From Pristiophorus japonicus (taxonomy: Eukaryota), in contig NC_091990.1 of assembly GCF_044704955.1 (NCBI RefSeq), forward strand, positions 177,506,001-177,570,000: a stretch of DNA of 64,000 nt, written 5' to 3'. Positions 24,256 to 37,069 of the stretch are shown here, in pieces. A program made the translations under genes and the position numbers. The number at the start of each line of letters is the position of its first letter. The first letter of the stretch is position 1. The notes beneath the pieces are model-generated. The model saw only the letters and a program-made list of their open reading frames with translations. It made no database searches and was not told the origin of the DNA.

Positions 24256-27200
24256 GGTCCTGATTTTGCGATCAGTAGCAAAGGGACGGCACTCGCTGAT
24301 GATCTCGAAGAAAGCTGCCGGCAAAGATCTAGGGGCCTCTGGTGTCGGTTCCCCCAATTATGATGTCAGTTTCATTCTGGCGCCTTCTGTAGGATCTCTG
24401 CCGTCCAGGAACAGTGACGTAATTAAGCTGGCTGAGCAGCCAATCAGATTGAAGAATTCTCACAGACAGCAAACCAGGAAATAAAGAGCACTGATTATCA
24501 TTTACATTTTAATCATTTTACATAGAGAAAAATAAAGATTGTGACATATAAATAGGATAATGTTAGAAGCTCGAGTATCATAAACAAACTTTTTAAAAAT
24601 AAGATAAATTATTTTTATTATTTAAAAAAATGTATGGAACGTTTATCATGAATTGGAGGGAATGACACTCCAGAATTATTAGATTAGTTTTTCAAGGCCA
24701 GAGACATTGTTCAGCAGTAATGATGACTTAGTACACCACTAAAAACTCAGTTACACCTCATTCAACAAGGATTAACTTTTTCAATGGTTTTTACAGCGAG
24801 AATAATGCATAAAAAATTCACATCAAATCAGTGATTTCTCATGATTGCATCTGCGAAGCCCGCAACAGCGCACCCTGTGGAGGAGCAGGGTATCGCTGAC
24901 AGCAACTTCCAGATTTCCCTGTTTATTTGCACATTGAGGACCCCTAAAGTTGCTATCAGTGAAGCCCCGACAATGAAATATGCCAAGAAGGACTGAGATC
25001 TCACAGTCACTTTCTTACCCACTCGTGTGAAAGGAGTTGTTCACAGTACTTGCGCTGAGAGGTGAATTTATACACGTTGGAGGTGTCATCTACACTTTCG
25101 GAGGTTTGTAGGTCTGACCTGCACTTTGGATCTCTGATCTATCAGATCAGCATGAGGGCCACTTATGCTGTGTCACTTTAGACCTCACATGAGAACCAAG
25201 ATGACCAGCAGCAGCAACAGCAGCAGCAGGAGCAGCAACAGAGCAGAAACAGTACCAGCTGCACCAATAGCAGCAACAGCCTGATGCTCACAGACCTACA
25301 GCTCCACAGCAGAGAGGGGATCAGCAGAGAGATGCAGCTTGCAGGAAGCCATACCCAGCACACACAGTGTCCATGCAGAGGATAAGCTTCCCTGACATGT
25401 CAGAACACCAGTGTCTCAGGAGACGCAATGTGTCGGGTCAGGTGGAGACAGACATTTTCAGGCTGCTGGAACAAGCCCTGTTGTCAACTAAACCTGGTGG
25501 CATGCTTTACCTGTGGCTTCAAAGTCACCACTGCCCTCAACTTTGTTGCCTCTGGATCGTTCCAGGGCTCTGCCTGAGACATTTGCAGGATCTCACAGTC
25601 GGCGGCCACAAATGCAAAAGACTGGTGACGGATGTCTTCTTTGCCAGGGCCGGCAATTATGTTATCTTTTCCTGCGATAATGCAAGTCAGAATGAGCGGG
25701 CGCTCGGGTTAACAGGTCTGAGTGGTTTCCCACAGGTGCAGGGCACATATAGAAATTAAGGCACCCAGAGATCACCCAGGAATGTTCGTCAATCGCATGG
25801 CTTCCACTCCATCAATGTGCAACTGGTGTGCAACCTCAAAAAGATCTTTATGCAGGTTTGTGCAAGATTCCTGGGCAGCTGTTTTGATGCTTTCATCATG
25901 AGGTAGTCCACCCTCCCAGACATCTTCGCACCTCAAAACAGAGTTACCGGCTGGCTGCTTGGAGACAAGGGATACCAACTTAAAACATATCGCAGAAACT
26001 TGAGGAATGAGGCCCAGGAGCGATATAATGAATGCCAGATAACCACAAGATGTGTCATTGAACAAGCCATCGGCATGCTGAAGATGCGCATCAGGTGCCT
26101 GGACAGATCTGGAGGTGCCCTTCAGTACGCACCAGCCAGGGTTTCCAGAATGGTTGTGATATGCTGCGCTCTGCACAACATTGGCCACTGATATTTAATT
26201 CTATCACCAGGTCGCTGCCTCCTTAAAACACTGAAGTCCCTGTGCTGAAGGTGCTCCCACAGTACTGTTTGGGAGGGAGTTCCATGATTTTGACCCAGCG
26301 ACGATGAAGGAATGGTGATATATTTCCAAGTCCGGATGGTGTGTGACTTGGAGGGGATCTTGTGCCGACTGCCCTTGTCCTTCTATGTGGTAATGTCGCT
26401 GTCAAAGAAGCCTTGGTGAGTTGTTTTTGTGCATCTTGTTTTTGTGCTGCCACAGTGCACCGGTGGTGGAGGAAGTGAATGCTTAAGGTGGTGGATGGAG
26501 TGCCAATCATGCGGGCTGCTTTGTCCTGAATGGTGTCGAGCTTCTTGAATGTTGTTGGAGCTGCAATCATCCAGGCAAGTGGAGAGTGTTCCATAACATT
26601 CCTGATTTTTGCCTTGTAGATGGTGAAAAGGAGTCAGGCGATGAGTCACTTGCTGCAGAATACCCAGCCTCTGACCTGCTGTTGTAGCCACAGTGGCTGG
26701 ACCAGTTAAGTTTCTGGTCAATGGTGACCCTCAAGATGTTGATGGTGGGGGATTCGACGATGGTAATGATGTTAAAAGCGAAGGGCAAGTGGTTAGTCTC
26801 TCTCTTGTTGGAGGTGGTCATTGCCTGGCACTTGCTTGAAAATGTTACTTGTCACCTATCAGCCCAAAGCTAAAGGTTGTCCAGCTCTTGTTGCATGCGG
26901 GCACGGACTGCTTCATTATCTGTGGAGTTGCGAATGGAACTGAACACTGTTTAATCATCAGCAAACATCCCAACTTCAACCTTATGTTGGAGGGAAGGTC
27001 ATTGATGAAGCAGCTAAAGATGATTGGGCCTAGGACACAGCAATGAGGAACTCCTGCAGTGATGTCCTGATGCTGAGATGATTGGCCTCCAACAACTACA
27101 ACAATCTTCCTTTGTGCTCGGTATGATTCCAGCCATGTTTTCCCCCTGATTCCCATGGACCAGTTTTACACGGTCTCCTTGATTCCACATTTGGCCAAAT

Positions 27201-27998
27201 GATGCCTTGATGTTAAGTGCAGCCACTCTCACCTCACCTCTGGAATTCAGCTCTTTTGTCCATGTTTGGACCAAGACTGTAATGAGGTCTGGTGCTGAGC
27301 GGTCCTGGTGGAACCTGAGTAAGTGCATAGACAGAGAGGGATGGTACCTGCAAGGTAAGTTGGTGTGAGGAGTCATGTGCTGGAGTAGGCTTGAGAAGGC
27401 AGAGTGAGGGGGTTAGGATGATACACATATCAGGATGTAGGTGAATGTGGCACTGTGCTCAACTTTCCTGCAGTGCTTGGGTCATTAAACCACTTTCTGC
27501 ATTGAATCCAGGAGTGTGGCACTGCGCTCCTGCTGCTGACCTCCTCAGCAACCTCCAACCACGGCTTCTTTGTGTCACCTGCAGGTTTCTTCCTCCCATC
27601 AGTAGTGAAAGGTTCTCCTTCCTGGCCCTTACTGCCCCCAGCAGCACACCCAGGGTGGTGTCATTGAAGCAGGGCACAGCCTTTGCCCGTCTCCACACTG
27701 TACCAGCAGCTCTGTAACTCTCCATGCCAAATCCAAACTGTTTGGAGTTTCCCTTTAAATACTGTAGTTGAAATCGAGTCAAGTGCATCGTCATCACCCA
27801 CTGACACCAATTTCATGGCAAACCCGGAAGTAAAATGATAATTCGGAGGATCAGTTAAAAAGCCACTGACAGACGCACTCTACTTACTTCAGTGTTTCCC
27901 ATGTGCTATCGCTTCTGCCAGCCCCCTCCCTCTCTCCCGCCCCCTCCCCCGCCCCTTAACCTCACCCCACGCCCACCAGCACATCTGCACTTTAAAAT
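24256..27998. mobile_element. Degenerate PIF/Harbinger transposon: DDE transposase (+) and Myb/SANT-like ORF (-), with a nested LINE
   Basis: 25150-26190 (+): GFPQVQG, LLGDKGY, YN...[36 protein letters not shown] (HARBI1-like). 27430-27720 (-): PCFNDTTLGVLLGAVRARKE. Ends approximate. Confidence 0.8.
26190..27320 (-). mobile_element. L2/CR1-group LINE RT fragment (different family)
   Basis: GVPH..VLGP.IFSCFINDL and KLDTIQDKAAR.I motifs. Confidence 0.8.
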
Positions 27999-28413
27999 CC
28001 AGCTCAATTTTGTACTTCAAAATCAGAAACTGCCCTTTTCACACAATAAAAAAGTTCATGACACAGAGCCTGATTTTCTAAGAAGAGTTTACAGGCCACA
28101 CGCACATCTGTGCCAGAATTATGGAGGGCAGGCTTCACCAAATTTACACATTTGATGAGTCAATACCGCAATATTATAACATCAAACATGGGGAAACTCA
28201 CTCTCACCCACGCTGCCCAAATGCAGTGCAGCTGATACCCTGGCGTCTGGCTGAGGTTATCTCCATCAACTCAATATTTATCAGGATTGGCATCACAACA
28301 ATAGATGCCCTCAATCAGCTTGCAGTCCTTCTACACAACAGAACGTCCACACAGACATAGATCAAGAGATCTTTAAAGTATGGGCTTTCAGCAAATATTT
28401 ACATTAGCCCCCA

Positions 28414-29080
28414 AGGGCTGGAAATTCAATGCCCTTCCCCTCCCTTGGCGGCGGGGGGCATTAACGGGGCATAAATGCCTTACCGCCCGGGTGCGTCGCT
28501 GACAACGACTCCCGCCATATTCGGGGTTTAGTGGCGGTGCTACAGCTTTGAGTCCCGATCTCCTGCACCCGGAGAGAGTGATGTCATCAGCGCATGCATG
28601 GCCTCGTTAGCGCCCCGGACCCTAAATTGAGTTTCGCCTCCTGCAGCAGCGCCGAGCGAGAACACCAGAAGCTGCAGGAGGTGTGGATCGGGCAGCCGGC
28701 AGTGACCGGAATGGTAATTAAAGGCGAGGTGACCGATGGAAATTTAAAAAAAGCTTACCTTGCTTTTCACGGTTCTGCTCCATTTTATTCGCGCCGTCCT
28801 TGCTGCGATCACTCAGCCCACCACTCAAGCAGTGTGGCAGTAAGGGAGGGAAGGGCCCCTTGGATACAGCAGCGCTGCACGGCCCAGTGTGCTGCACTGC
28901 TGAGGCATCCTCCCTGTTAGCGCTCCGAGAAAGAAGTGGAGTGCTTCATTTAGTGCTCCACTTCCTTTTGGGGCGGTAACCTGAATCTTTTGAGAATGGC
29001 GAAACTTTAGCGCCTCGGGCTAAGTTTTACTCCTCCCAACTGTTACCGCCCCCAAACGGGGCGATAATACATTTTTCCCC
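28414..29080. mobile_element. GC-rich MITE-like insertion
   Basis: Begins GGGCTGGAAATT and ends ATTTTTCCCC. It interrupts ACATTAGCCCC|TTAGTTTC, which is contiguous in the 1.8-kb units. Confidence 0.65.
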
Positions 29081-29729
29081 TTAGTTTCTGTTTCACCGCA
29101 AGGGGGTATCTCACTGGATACTAAACGGCCTCTTTCCTTTCTCCAGGACACAGAGCTTCCTGCAGATATTTCCGATGTTGCACTGATCACGAAGTATATT
29201 CAAACTGGGTGAAACTAATTCTGACCACTCTGTACTTGCTCCATCGCGCTTCACACCTGGTAATTCTGGTCATAAGCACAACCGGCATTTGTTCTCCTGC
29301 AGGTCGGGTTTCCATGAGCTGGGGGAGGGAGGGGTGGATTTTGTGCATTCAAAGCCATAGGATTTTCAGCTGATGGCATGCCTGTTGAAAGGCACTGATT
29401 TCTGGACCAAGGACTTTGTCTTTACTTGCTAAGAAACTGCTTAGTTCCAGGAAACCTTCCATTAATTGGGCTTATATGGTGTGCCAACATTTGAAACTTT
29501 GAATCTGGAGTATTAAGTTTGGAATGTCTCTCTCCCATTCAATCCATTGTGAAGTTATCTGTATGCTCACTTTTGATTATATGACTGAGTGTGTTCAAAG
29601 TGCACTGATAAGAATGGAAATCTTACAGTTCACATAACATTCTGTTAATGAAGTACCCTGTACCTCTTTTAGATTGAAAATAGCTGTTGTCAAGGAGCGG
29701 TCTGCCAGTGACATCTTCACTTTCCTTCA

Positions 29730-30620
29730 GTTTTTACATAGGATTACATAGGATATATGGCACAGACACACATCCAGTCTGTCCATCTTTCCCTGATCGG
29801 TATAGCCTCGCATTTCTGGTATCATCCTTGTAAATCTTTTTTGCACGCTCTCCCGTGCCTCTATATCTTTTTAATAATACGGTGATCAGAACTGTACACA
29901 GTACTCTAAATGTGGTCTAAACAAGGTTCGATACAGGTTTAGCACAACTTCCCTACTTTTCAATTGTATACTCTAGAAATAAACCCTGGTGCTTGGTTTG
30001 CTTTTTTTTATGGCTTCACTAACCTGTGTTGCAACTTTTAGTGATTTGTGAATTTGTGCTCCGAGATCTCGTTGTTCCTCTACCCCACCTAGACTCTCAC
30101 CCTCCAAGTAATAAGTGATCTCCCTATTCTTACTACCAAAATGTAATACCTAACATTTATCTGTGTTGATGTACATTTGTCAATTATATGCCCATTCTGC
30201 AAGTTTATTAATGTCCTCCTGTAATTTGTTGCAGTCCTCCTCGGTATTGGCTATCCTCCCACCGCTCCCCGCAATTTAGTGTCATCCGCAAATTGTGTTT
30301 TTGATTCCAAAGTCTAAATTGTTAATATAAATTGTGAACAACAGTGGTCCCAGTACTGATCCTTGTGGAATACCACGACCCACCTTCTGCCATCTTTTAT
30401 CCCATTTCTCCGCTTTTTGTCTTGAAGACAGTTCACTATCCATTCTGCTTCTTGTCCCCAGACTCCGCAATCTCTGATCTTGTTCATCAATCTATTATGG
30501 GGTACCTTATCGAAGACCTTTTGAAAATCTAGATAAATTATATCCACTGCATTGCCATTGTCTCTCTGTTACCCCTTCAAAAACTTCAATGAGGTTTGTT
30601 AAGCAAGACTTTCCCTTTTG
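29730..30620 (-). mobile_element. Older CR1-type LINE fragment with candidate TSD TCCTTCA
   Basis: IYLDFQKVFDKVPH and PQGSVLGPLLF motifs; TCCTTCA at 29723-29729 and 30621-30627. Confidence 0.82.
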
Positions 30621-30945
30621 TCCTTCAACAGCAATGCAGTCAAAATATATTAGCTAGCACATAAACTGACCTGGATTAATAGCAATTGGAATTTGAATGT
30701 GACAATTTTAAAAGTCGCATTCTAGATCCCAGGTTAAGCTCTCAATAGTATTATGTAAAACATAGATTTACCCTGAAATTATCAACTTAAATAGGAAAAT
30801 TTAATTAATTATCAAATAACTAATTTCACCAGTTCTTCAATTAATGACTCAGGTCCTCATTTTGAACAAATAATTAAAAGAGGTGCAAGCTTTTGTGGTT
30901 TTTAATTTTAATGCCTTTCAAGGGCAATTAGGGAGGGACAATAAA

Positions 30946-33260
30946 CGGTCTCCTAGTAAAAGATCTTCTCGGAATGAGAGATCACAGTATGGTTGAATTT
31001 GTAATACAGATTGAGGGTGACGAAGTTGTGTCAGAAACGAGCGTACTATGCTTAAACAAAGGGGACTACAGTGGGATGAGGGCAGAGTTGGCTAAAGTAG
31101 ATTAAACGGTGGCACAATTGAGGAACAGTGGAGGACTTTTAAGGAGTTCTTTCATAGTGCGCAACAAAAATATATTCCAGTGAAAAAGAAGGGTGGTAAG
31201 AGAAGGGATAACCAGCCATGGATAACCAAGGAAATAATTGAGTATCAAATCAAAGACCAATGCGTAAAAGGTGGCCAAGGTTAGTGGGAAACTAGAAGAT
31301 TGGGAAAATTTTAAACAACAGCAAAGAATGACTAAAAAAGCAATAAAGAAAGGAAAGATAGATTACGAAGGTAAACTTGTGCAAAACATAAAAACAGATA
31401 GTAAAAGCTTTTACAGATATATAAAACGGAACAGAGTGACTAAAGTAAATGTAGGACCCTTAGAAGATGAGAAGGGGGATTTAATAATGGGAAATGTGGA
31501 AATGGCTGAGACTTTAAACAATTATTTTTCTTCGGTCTTCACAGTGGAAGACACAAAAACCATGCCAAAAATTGCTGGTCATAGGAATGTGGGAAGGGAG
31601 GACCTTGAGACAATCACAATCACTAGTGGGGTAGTGCTGGACAGGCTAATGGGACTCAAGGTAGACAAGTCCCCTGGTCTTGATCAAATGCATCCCAGGG
31701 TATTAAAAGAGATGGCGGTAGTTATAGCAGATGCATTGGTTATAATCTACCAAAATTCTCTGGATTCTGGGGAGGTAACAGCGGATTGAAAAGCAACTAA
31801 TGTAATGTCTCTGTTTAAAAAAGGGGGCAGACAAAAGGCAGGTAATTATAGGCCGGTTAGTTTAACATCTGTAGTGGGGAAAATGCTTGAAACTATCATT
31901 AAGGAAGAAATAGCGGGACATCTAGATAGGAATAGTGCAATCAAGCAGACGCAGCATGGATTCATGAAGGGGAAATCATGTTTAACTAATTTACTGGAAT
32001 TCTTTGAGGATATAACGAGCATGGTGGATAGAGGTGTACTGATGGATGTGGTGTATTTAGATTTCCAAAAGGCATTCGATAAGGTGCCACACAAAAGATA
32101 CTGCAGAAGATAAAGGTACGCGGAGTCAGAGGAAATGTATTAGCATGGATCGAGAATTGGCTGGCGAACAGAAAGCAGAGGGTCGGGATAAATGGGTCCT
32201 TTTTGGGTTGGAAATCGGTGGTTAGTGGTGTGCCACAGGGATCGGTGCTGGGACCACAACTGTTTACAATATACATAGATGACCTGGAAGAGGGGACAGA
32301 GTGTAGTGTAACAAAATTTGCAGATGACACAAAGATTAGTGGGAAAGCGGGTTGTGTAGAGGACACAGAGAGGCTGCAAAGAGATTTAGATAGGTTAAGC
32401 GAATGGGCTAAGGTTTGGCAGATGGAATACAATGTCGGAAAATGTGAGGTCATCCACCTTGGGAAAAAAAACAGTAAAAGGGAATATTATTTGAATGGGG
32501 AGAAATTACAACATGCTGAGGTGCAGAGGGACCTGGAGGTCCTTGTGCATGAATCCCAAAAAGTTAGTTTGTACGTGCAGCAGGTAATCAGGAAGGCGAA
32601 TGGAATGTTGGCCTTCATTGCGAGAGGGATGGAGTACAAAAGCAGGGAGGTCCTGCTGCAACTGTATAGGGTATTGGTGAGGCAGCACCTGGAGTACTGC
32701 GTGCAGTTTTGGTCGCCTTACTTAAGGAGGGATATACTGGTTTTGGATGGTGTACAGAGACGATTCACTAGGCTGATTCCGGAGATGAGGGGGTTACCTT
32801 ATGATGATAGATTGAGTAGACTGGGCCTTTACTCATTGGAGTTCAGAAGGATGAGGGGTGATCTTATAGAAACATTTAAAATAATGAAAGGGATAGACAA
32901 GATAGAGGCGGAGAGGTTGTTTCCACTGGTCGGGGAGACTAGAACGATGGGGCACAGCCTCAAAATACGGGGAGCCAATTTAAAACCGAGTTGAGAAGAA
33001 ATTTCTTCTCCCAGAGGGTTGTGAATCTGTGGAATTCTCTGCCCAAGGAAGCAACTGAGGCTAGCTCATTGAATGTATTCAAGTCACAGATAGATAGATT
33101 TTTAACCAATAAGGGAATTAAGGGTTATGGGGAGCGGGCGGGTAAGTGGAGCTGAGTCCACGGCCAGATCAGCCATGTTCTTATTGAATGGCGGAGCAGG
33201 CTCGAGGGGCTAGATGGCCTAGTCCTGTTCCTAATTCTTATGTTCTTATGTTCTTATGTT
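30946..33260 (+). mobile_element. CR1-type LINE, 5'-truncated, TSD CAATAAA
   Basis: RT ORFs at 31271-32994; tail (TTCTTATG)n; CAATAAA at 30939-30945 and 33261-33267. Same subfamily as 16569-19188 in the opposite orientation. Confidence 0.95.
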
Positions 33261-34027
33261 CAATAAATGCTGGTCTTGCCAGCGATGTCACATCCCAGGA
33301 GTGAAATTTTTAAAAATCACATTTTTACACTCCGCCTTTAATGATGTCCATGAGAATGATAAGGAAAATGATTTCTTGAAATGTAAGCAAGCTACATATT
33401 ATAGACTCTACAAATAAAATACCATCCACATCTGCCAAGTGAAGTCAAGGATTCCTGTTTCCAGCTGACAGACCCAACTTTAACAACAACCCATAATCGT
33501 TAATCACCATTTTAACTGACATCTTGTAAGAGCCAAACTTGGTCAATAACTTGCCTTCAATTACAAGAGCTTCAACATTAGCTAACAGTCACTTCTCAGG
33601 GACTTTATCATAATATATAAATTGTGGTCGAAACACAGGATTGGTTAAAGTCTGGAAATTATTACAAAAACAAAAATCAAGCTTAGTGTTAAAACACAAA
33701 TAGTGTATAGGAATACACAAGATAAGAACCATTGCATCCGGTTCCATTCTTATTACAGCCAGTGGTGGGATTCCACCTTACTGGGATGGGAACTTCCACA
33801 TTGCCTCTTTTCCTTCTTGTATTACACTGACATTGACTGTGTATGGAAGCACCAAATTGGAGTCAATTTAGACCATATTAAATTTGGATACACTAGTCTC
33901 TTTGAATTTGGAGAATGAAAAATTCCCCCTTCAGATCTAAAGCCTATATTGACCTGAAGGATGAACGACTTAAGATCTAGATGGAAAAGTGAAAAATATT
34001 GTGTGATACCAATGTCTCATGGCTTAC

Positions 34028-34132
34028 CTGCTTCCGTTTTTGCTACTCCTTGTTCAGCAAATGTCTTTTTTCCATGGCAAGTTGATGCACTTTTTATTAA
34101 TGCTTGACATTCTACATCACGTAGATTGTTGC
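34028..34132 (-). CDS. Short repeated exon A3 (105 nt, phase 1-1): GNNLRDVECQALIKSASTCHGKKTFAEQGVAKTEA
   Basis: Acceptor ttctttctag|GCAAC (12 nt upstream of the site used in A1/A2, which reads ctac here), donor GCAG|gtaagc, open frame. Confidence 0.65.
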
Positions 34133-36976
34133 CTAGAAAGAACGATATGCTTTGATATAGCACCTTTCACAACCACCGGATGTCCCAAAGCATTTTACAG
34201 CCAATGAAGTACTCTTTTCAAGTGTAGCCACTGTTGTAATGTTGAAAACCCGGCAGCCAATTTGCGCACAGCAAGCTCCCACACACAGAAATGTGATAAT
34301 AACCAGATAATCTGTTTAGTGATGTTGGTTGAGGGATAAATGTTGGCCAGGACACTGGAGATAACTCCCTCCCCTGCTCTTCTTCGAAATTGTGCCATAA
34401 TATATTTTACGTCCACCTGAGAGAGCACCTAAGCTTAACATCTCAACTGAAAGACAACTCTGACAATTCTGCACTCTCTCAGTACTGCACTGGAGTGTCA
34501 GTTTAGATTTTTGTGCTTCAGTCTCTGTAGTGAGACTAGAATAGAATGTCAATGTCAAGAGTTCAAGAAATTAAACATTTTATAATTGAATTAAGAATTA
34601 ACCATTACCTTACATCATCGATATATTATTAAAATTGGTATGTCCTGGCATCTTTCTATTCCAAAGACCTTTGTCAACAGTACCTATGAGGTTTGCATTG
34701 TTAATTGTGTCCACATCATTCTTTAATCATTCACTGCCGGCAAGGCCAGCATTTATTGCACAACCCTAATTGCCCTCGAGAAGGTGATGGTGAGCTGCCT
34801 TCTTGAATATACTGAATTACTTTCTGGGTCATTTCAGAGGGCAGTTTAGAGTCAACAATATTGCCCTGGGTCTGGAGTTATATATAGCCCAGACCGGGTA
34901 AGGGTGACAGATTTCCTTCCCTAAAATACATGATTGAACCAGATGCATTTTTACGACAATCCAGTAGTTTCATAGTGATCATTACTAATATTAGCTTTTT
35001 GTTCCAGATTTATTTATTTGAATTTAAATTCCCCAGTTGTCATGGTGTGATTTGAACTCATGTCTCTAAATCCTGCATAATGGATTGAAGCTCGTGGTTT
35101 TATCCTCCAGGTCTTCAGTGAAGCGAATTAATTTCAGCCAAATAGCTTTGGTGGTGTCGCACTTGTATTCTGCTAACTGCTTTTCCAGGTTCAAGCTACA
35201 TATTAAAGACTCTACATATGAAATACCGTCCATATCTGCCAGTGAAGTCAAGGCTTCCCGTTTCCAGCTGACAGACCCAACTTTAACACCGGCCCATAAT
35301 AGTTAATCACCATTTTAACTGATATCTTGTAAGAGCCAATTCAATTAAAATTGTCTCACTTTTTTCACTGCCCAAGTGTAATGAACCAGAAGCTAAGTGC
35401 TGATTGTGAATCTTCAAATACAAAATGACCTGATCAATATTAATAATTACTTCAAAACAATTCAGATATATTTTCTCTGTTTTACTTGTGTTGAATTTGC
35501 AGAATATTAGCTGAAAATAAAGTGTTATTGTTTAAAACAACAAAGTTCGCAGCAGAAACACAAGAGTTGGGTAGATAACAATCAGAGTAATTTCTACAAA
35601 CCAGAAAAGAGGCTTGTGATGAAAGGATTACTAGGACTGCAATGTCACCAATAATTAACATAATGAGGCCAGTTAATGTTCGTCAAAATAATTGTTAGAG
35701 ACAAAAGCTATCCACAAATTGTCCCACACCTTACGTGTAGAAATGTTTCCCAACTTCACTCCTGAAAGGCTTGACTCTAATTTTTAGACTATGTCCCCAC
35801 GATCTAGACTCCCCTACCAGTAGAAATAGTTTTACTATTAAAGTTTATACATCATTTTTAAAAATAGTTCACAGATCTATCCTATTGGACTCCAGGTATA
35901 ATTCTAATAAATCTACGCTGCACACCATCAAAGTTCAATGTATAATTTCTAATGTGTGGTGCCCAGAACTGCTCACAGTACTCCAGGGCTCTGTATAGCT
36001 GTGGCATAACTTCTAACCCTTTGTATTCTAGTCTTCCCGATATAAAGGCCAGCATTCCATTACACTTTTTGATTATTTTCTGTCCCTGTCCATGACATTT
36101 TAATGATCTATGTACATGGACACCCAAGTCACTTTGGACCTCCACGGTTTATGGCTTTTCAGTATTTAGAAAGTAATCTGATCTATCCTTTTTAGGTCCA
36201 AAGTGGATGACTACACATTTGCCTACATTGAAATCCATTTGCCACATTTTTGCAAATTCGCTTAATCTATTAATAACTCTTTATAATTTTATGCTGCTAT
36301 CTACAGTGCTTTTAATGTCACCTATCTTTGTGTCATCAGCAAACTTGTATATGTGGCTTTCTATCCCATCATCTAAGTCGTTAATAAATATGGTGAATAG
36401 TTGACGTCGTATCCTGTACATTATCCCTACTCATATCCTGTCCATTATCCCTACTCTCTGTCTCATGCCGCTTACCAATTTCCTAACCAGGTCAATAATT
36501 TGCATTCAATTCCAAGAGCTTCAACTTTAGCGAACAGTCGCTTCTAAGGGACTGTATCATAATATATAAATTTTGGCCGAAATAAGGGATTGGTCAAAAC
36601 GGGATATTATTACAAAAACAAAAATTCGAGATTAGAATTGAAACACAAATAGTGTATAGGAACACACAAAATAAGAACCATTGCATCCGGTTCCATTCTT
36701 ATTGCAGCCAGTGGTGGGATTCCACCTCACTGAGATGGGAACTTCCAGGTTGCCTCTTTTTCTTCTTGTATTACATTGACATTGACTGTGAGTGGAAGCA
36801 CCAAATTGGAGTCAATTTAGACCATATTAAATTTGGATACACTAGTCTCTTTGAATTTGGAGAATGAAAACTTCCCCCTTCGGATCTAAAGCCTACGTTG
36901 ACCTGAAGGACGGACGACTGAAGATCTCGAATGAAAAGTGAAAAGTATTGTGTGATACCAATGGCTAATGGCTTAC

Positions 36977-37069
36977 CTGCTTCCGTTTCTGGTGCTCCTT
37001 GTTCAGCAAATGACTTTTTTCCATGGCCAGGTAGTTCACTCTTCATTAATAGTTGACTTTCTTCACCAC
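36977..37069 (-). CDS. Short repeated exon A2 (93 nt, phase 1-1): GGEESQLLMKSELPGHGKKSFAEQGAPETEA
   Basis: Acceptor caatctag|GTGGT, donor GCAG|gtaagc; overlaps track ORF 36771..37046 in the same frame. Confidence 0.65.

Noticed and set aside
25367-26191. Domesticated HARBI1 host gene
   Set aside because: Multiple frameshifts, stops and deletions, plus an adjacent LINE insertion; it is a decayed transposon copy.
34609-34683. Second candidate exon in the triplicated unit
   Set aside because: In-frame stop; the acceptor is lost in unit 2 and the donor is lost in unit 3.
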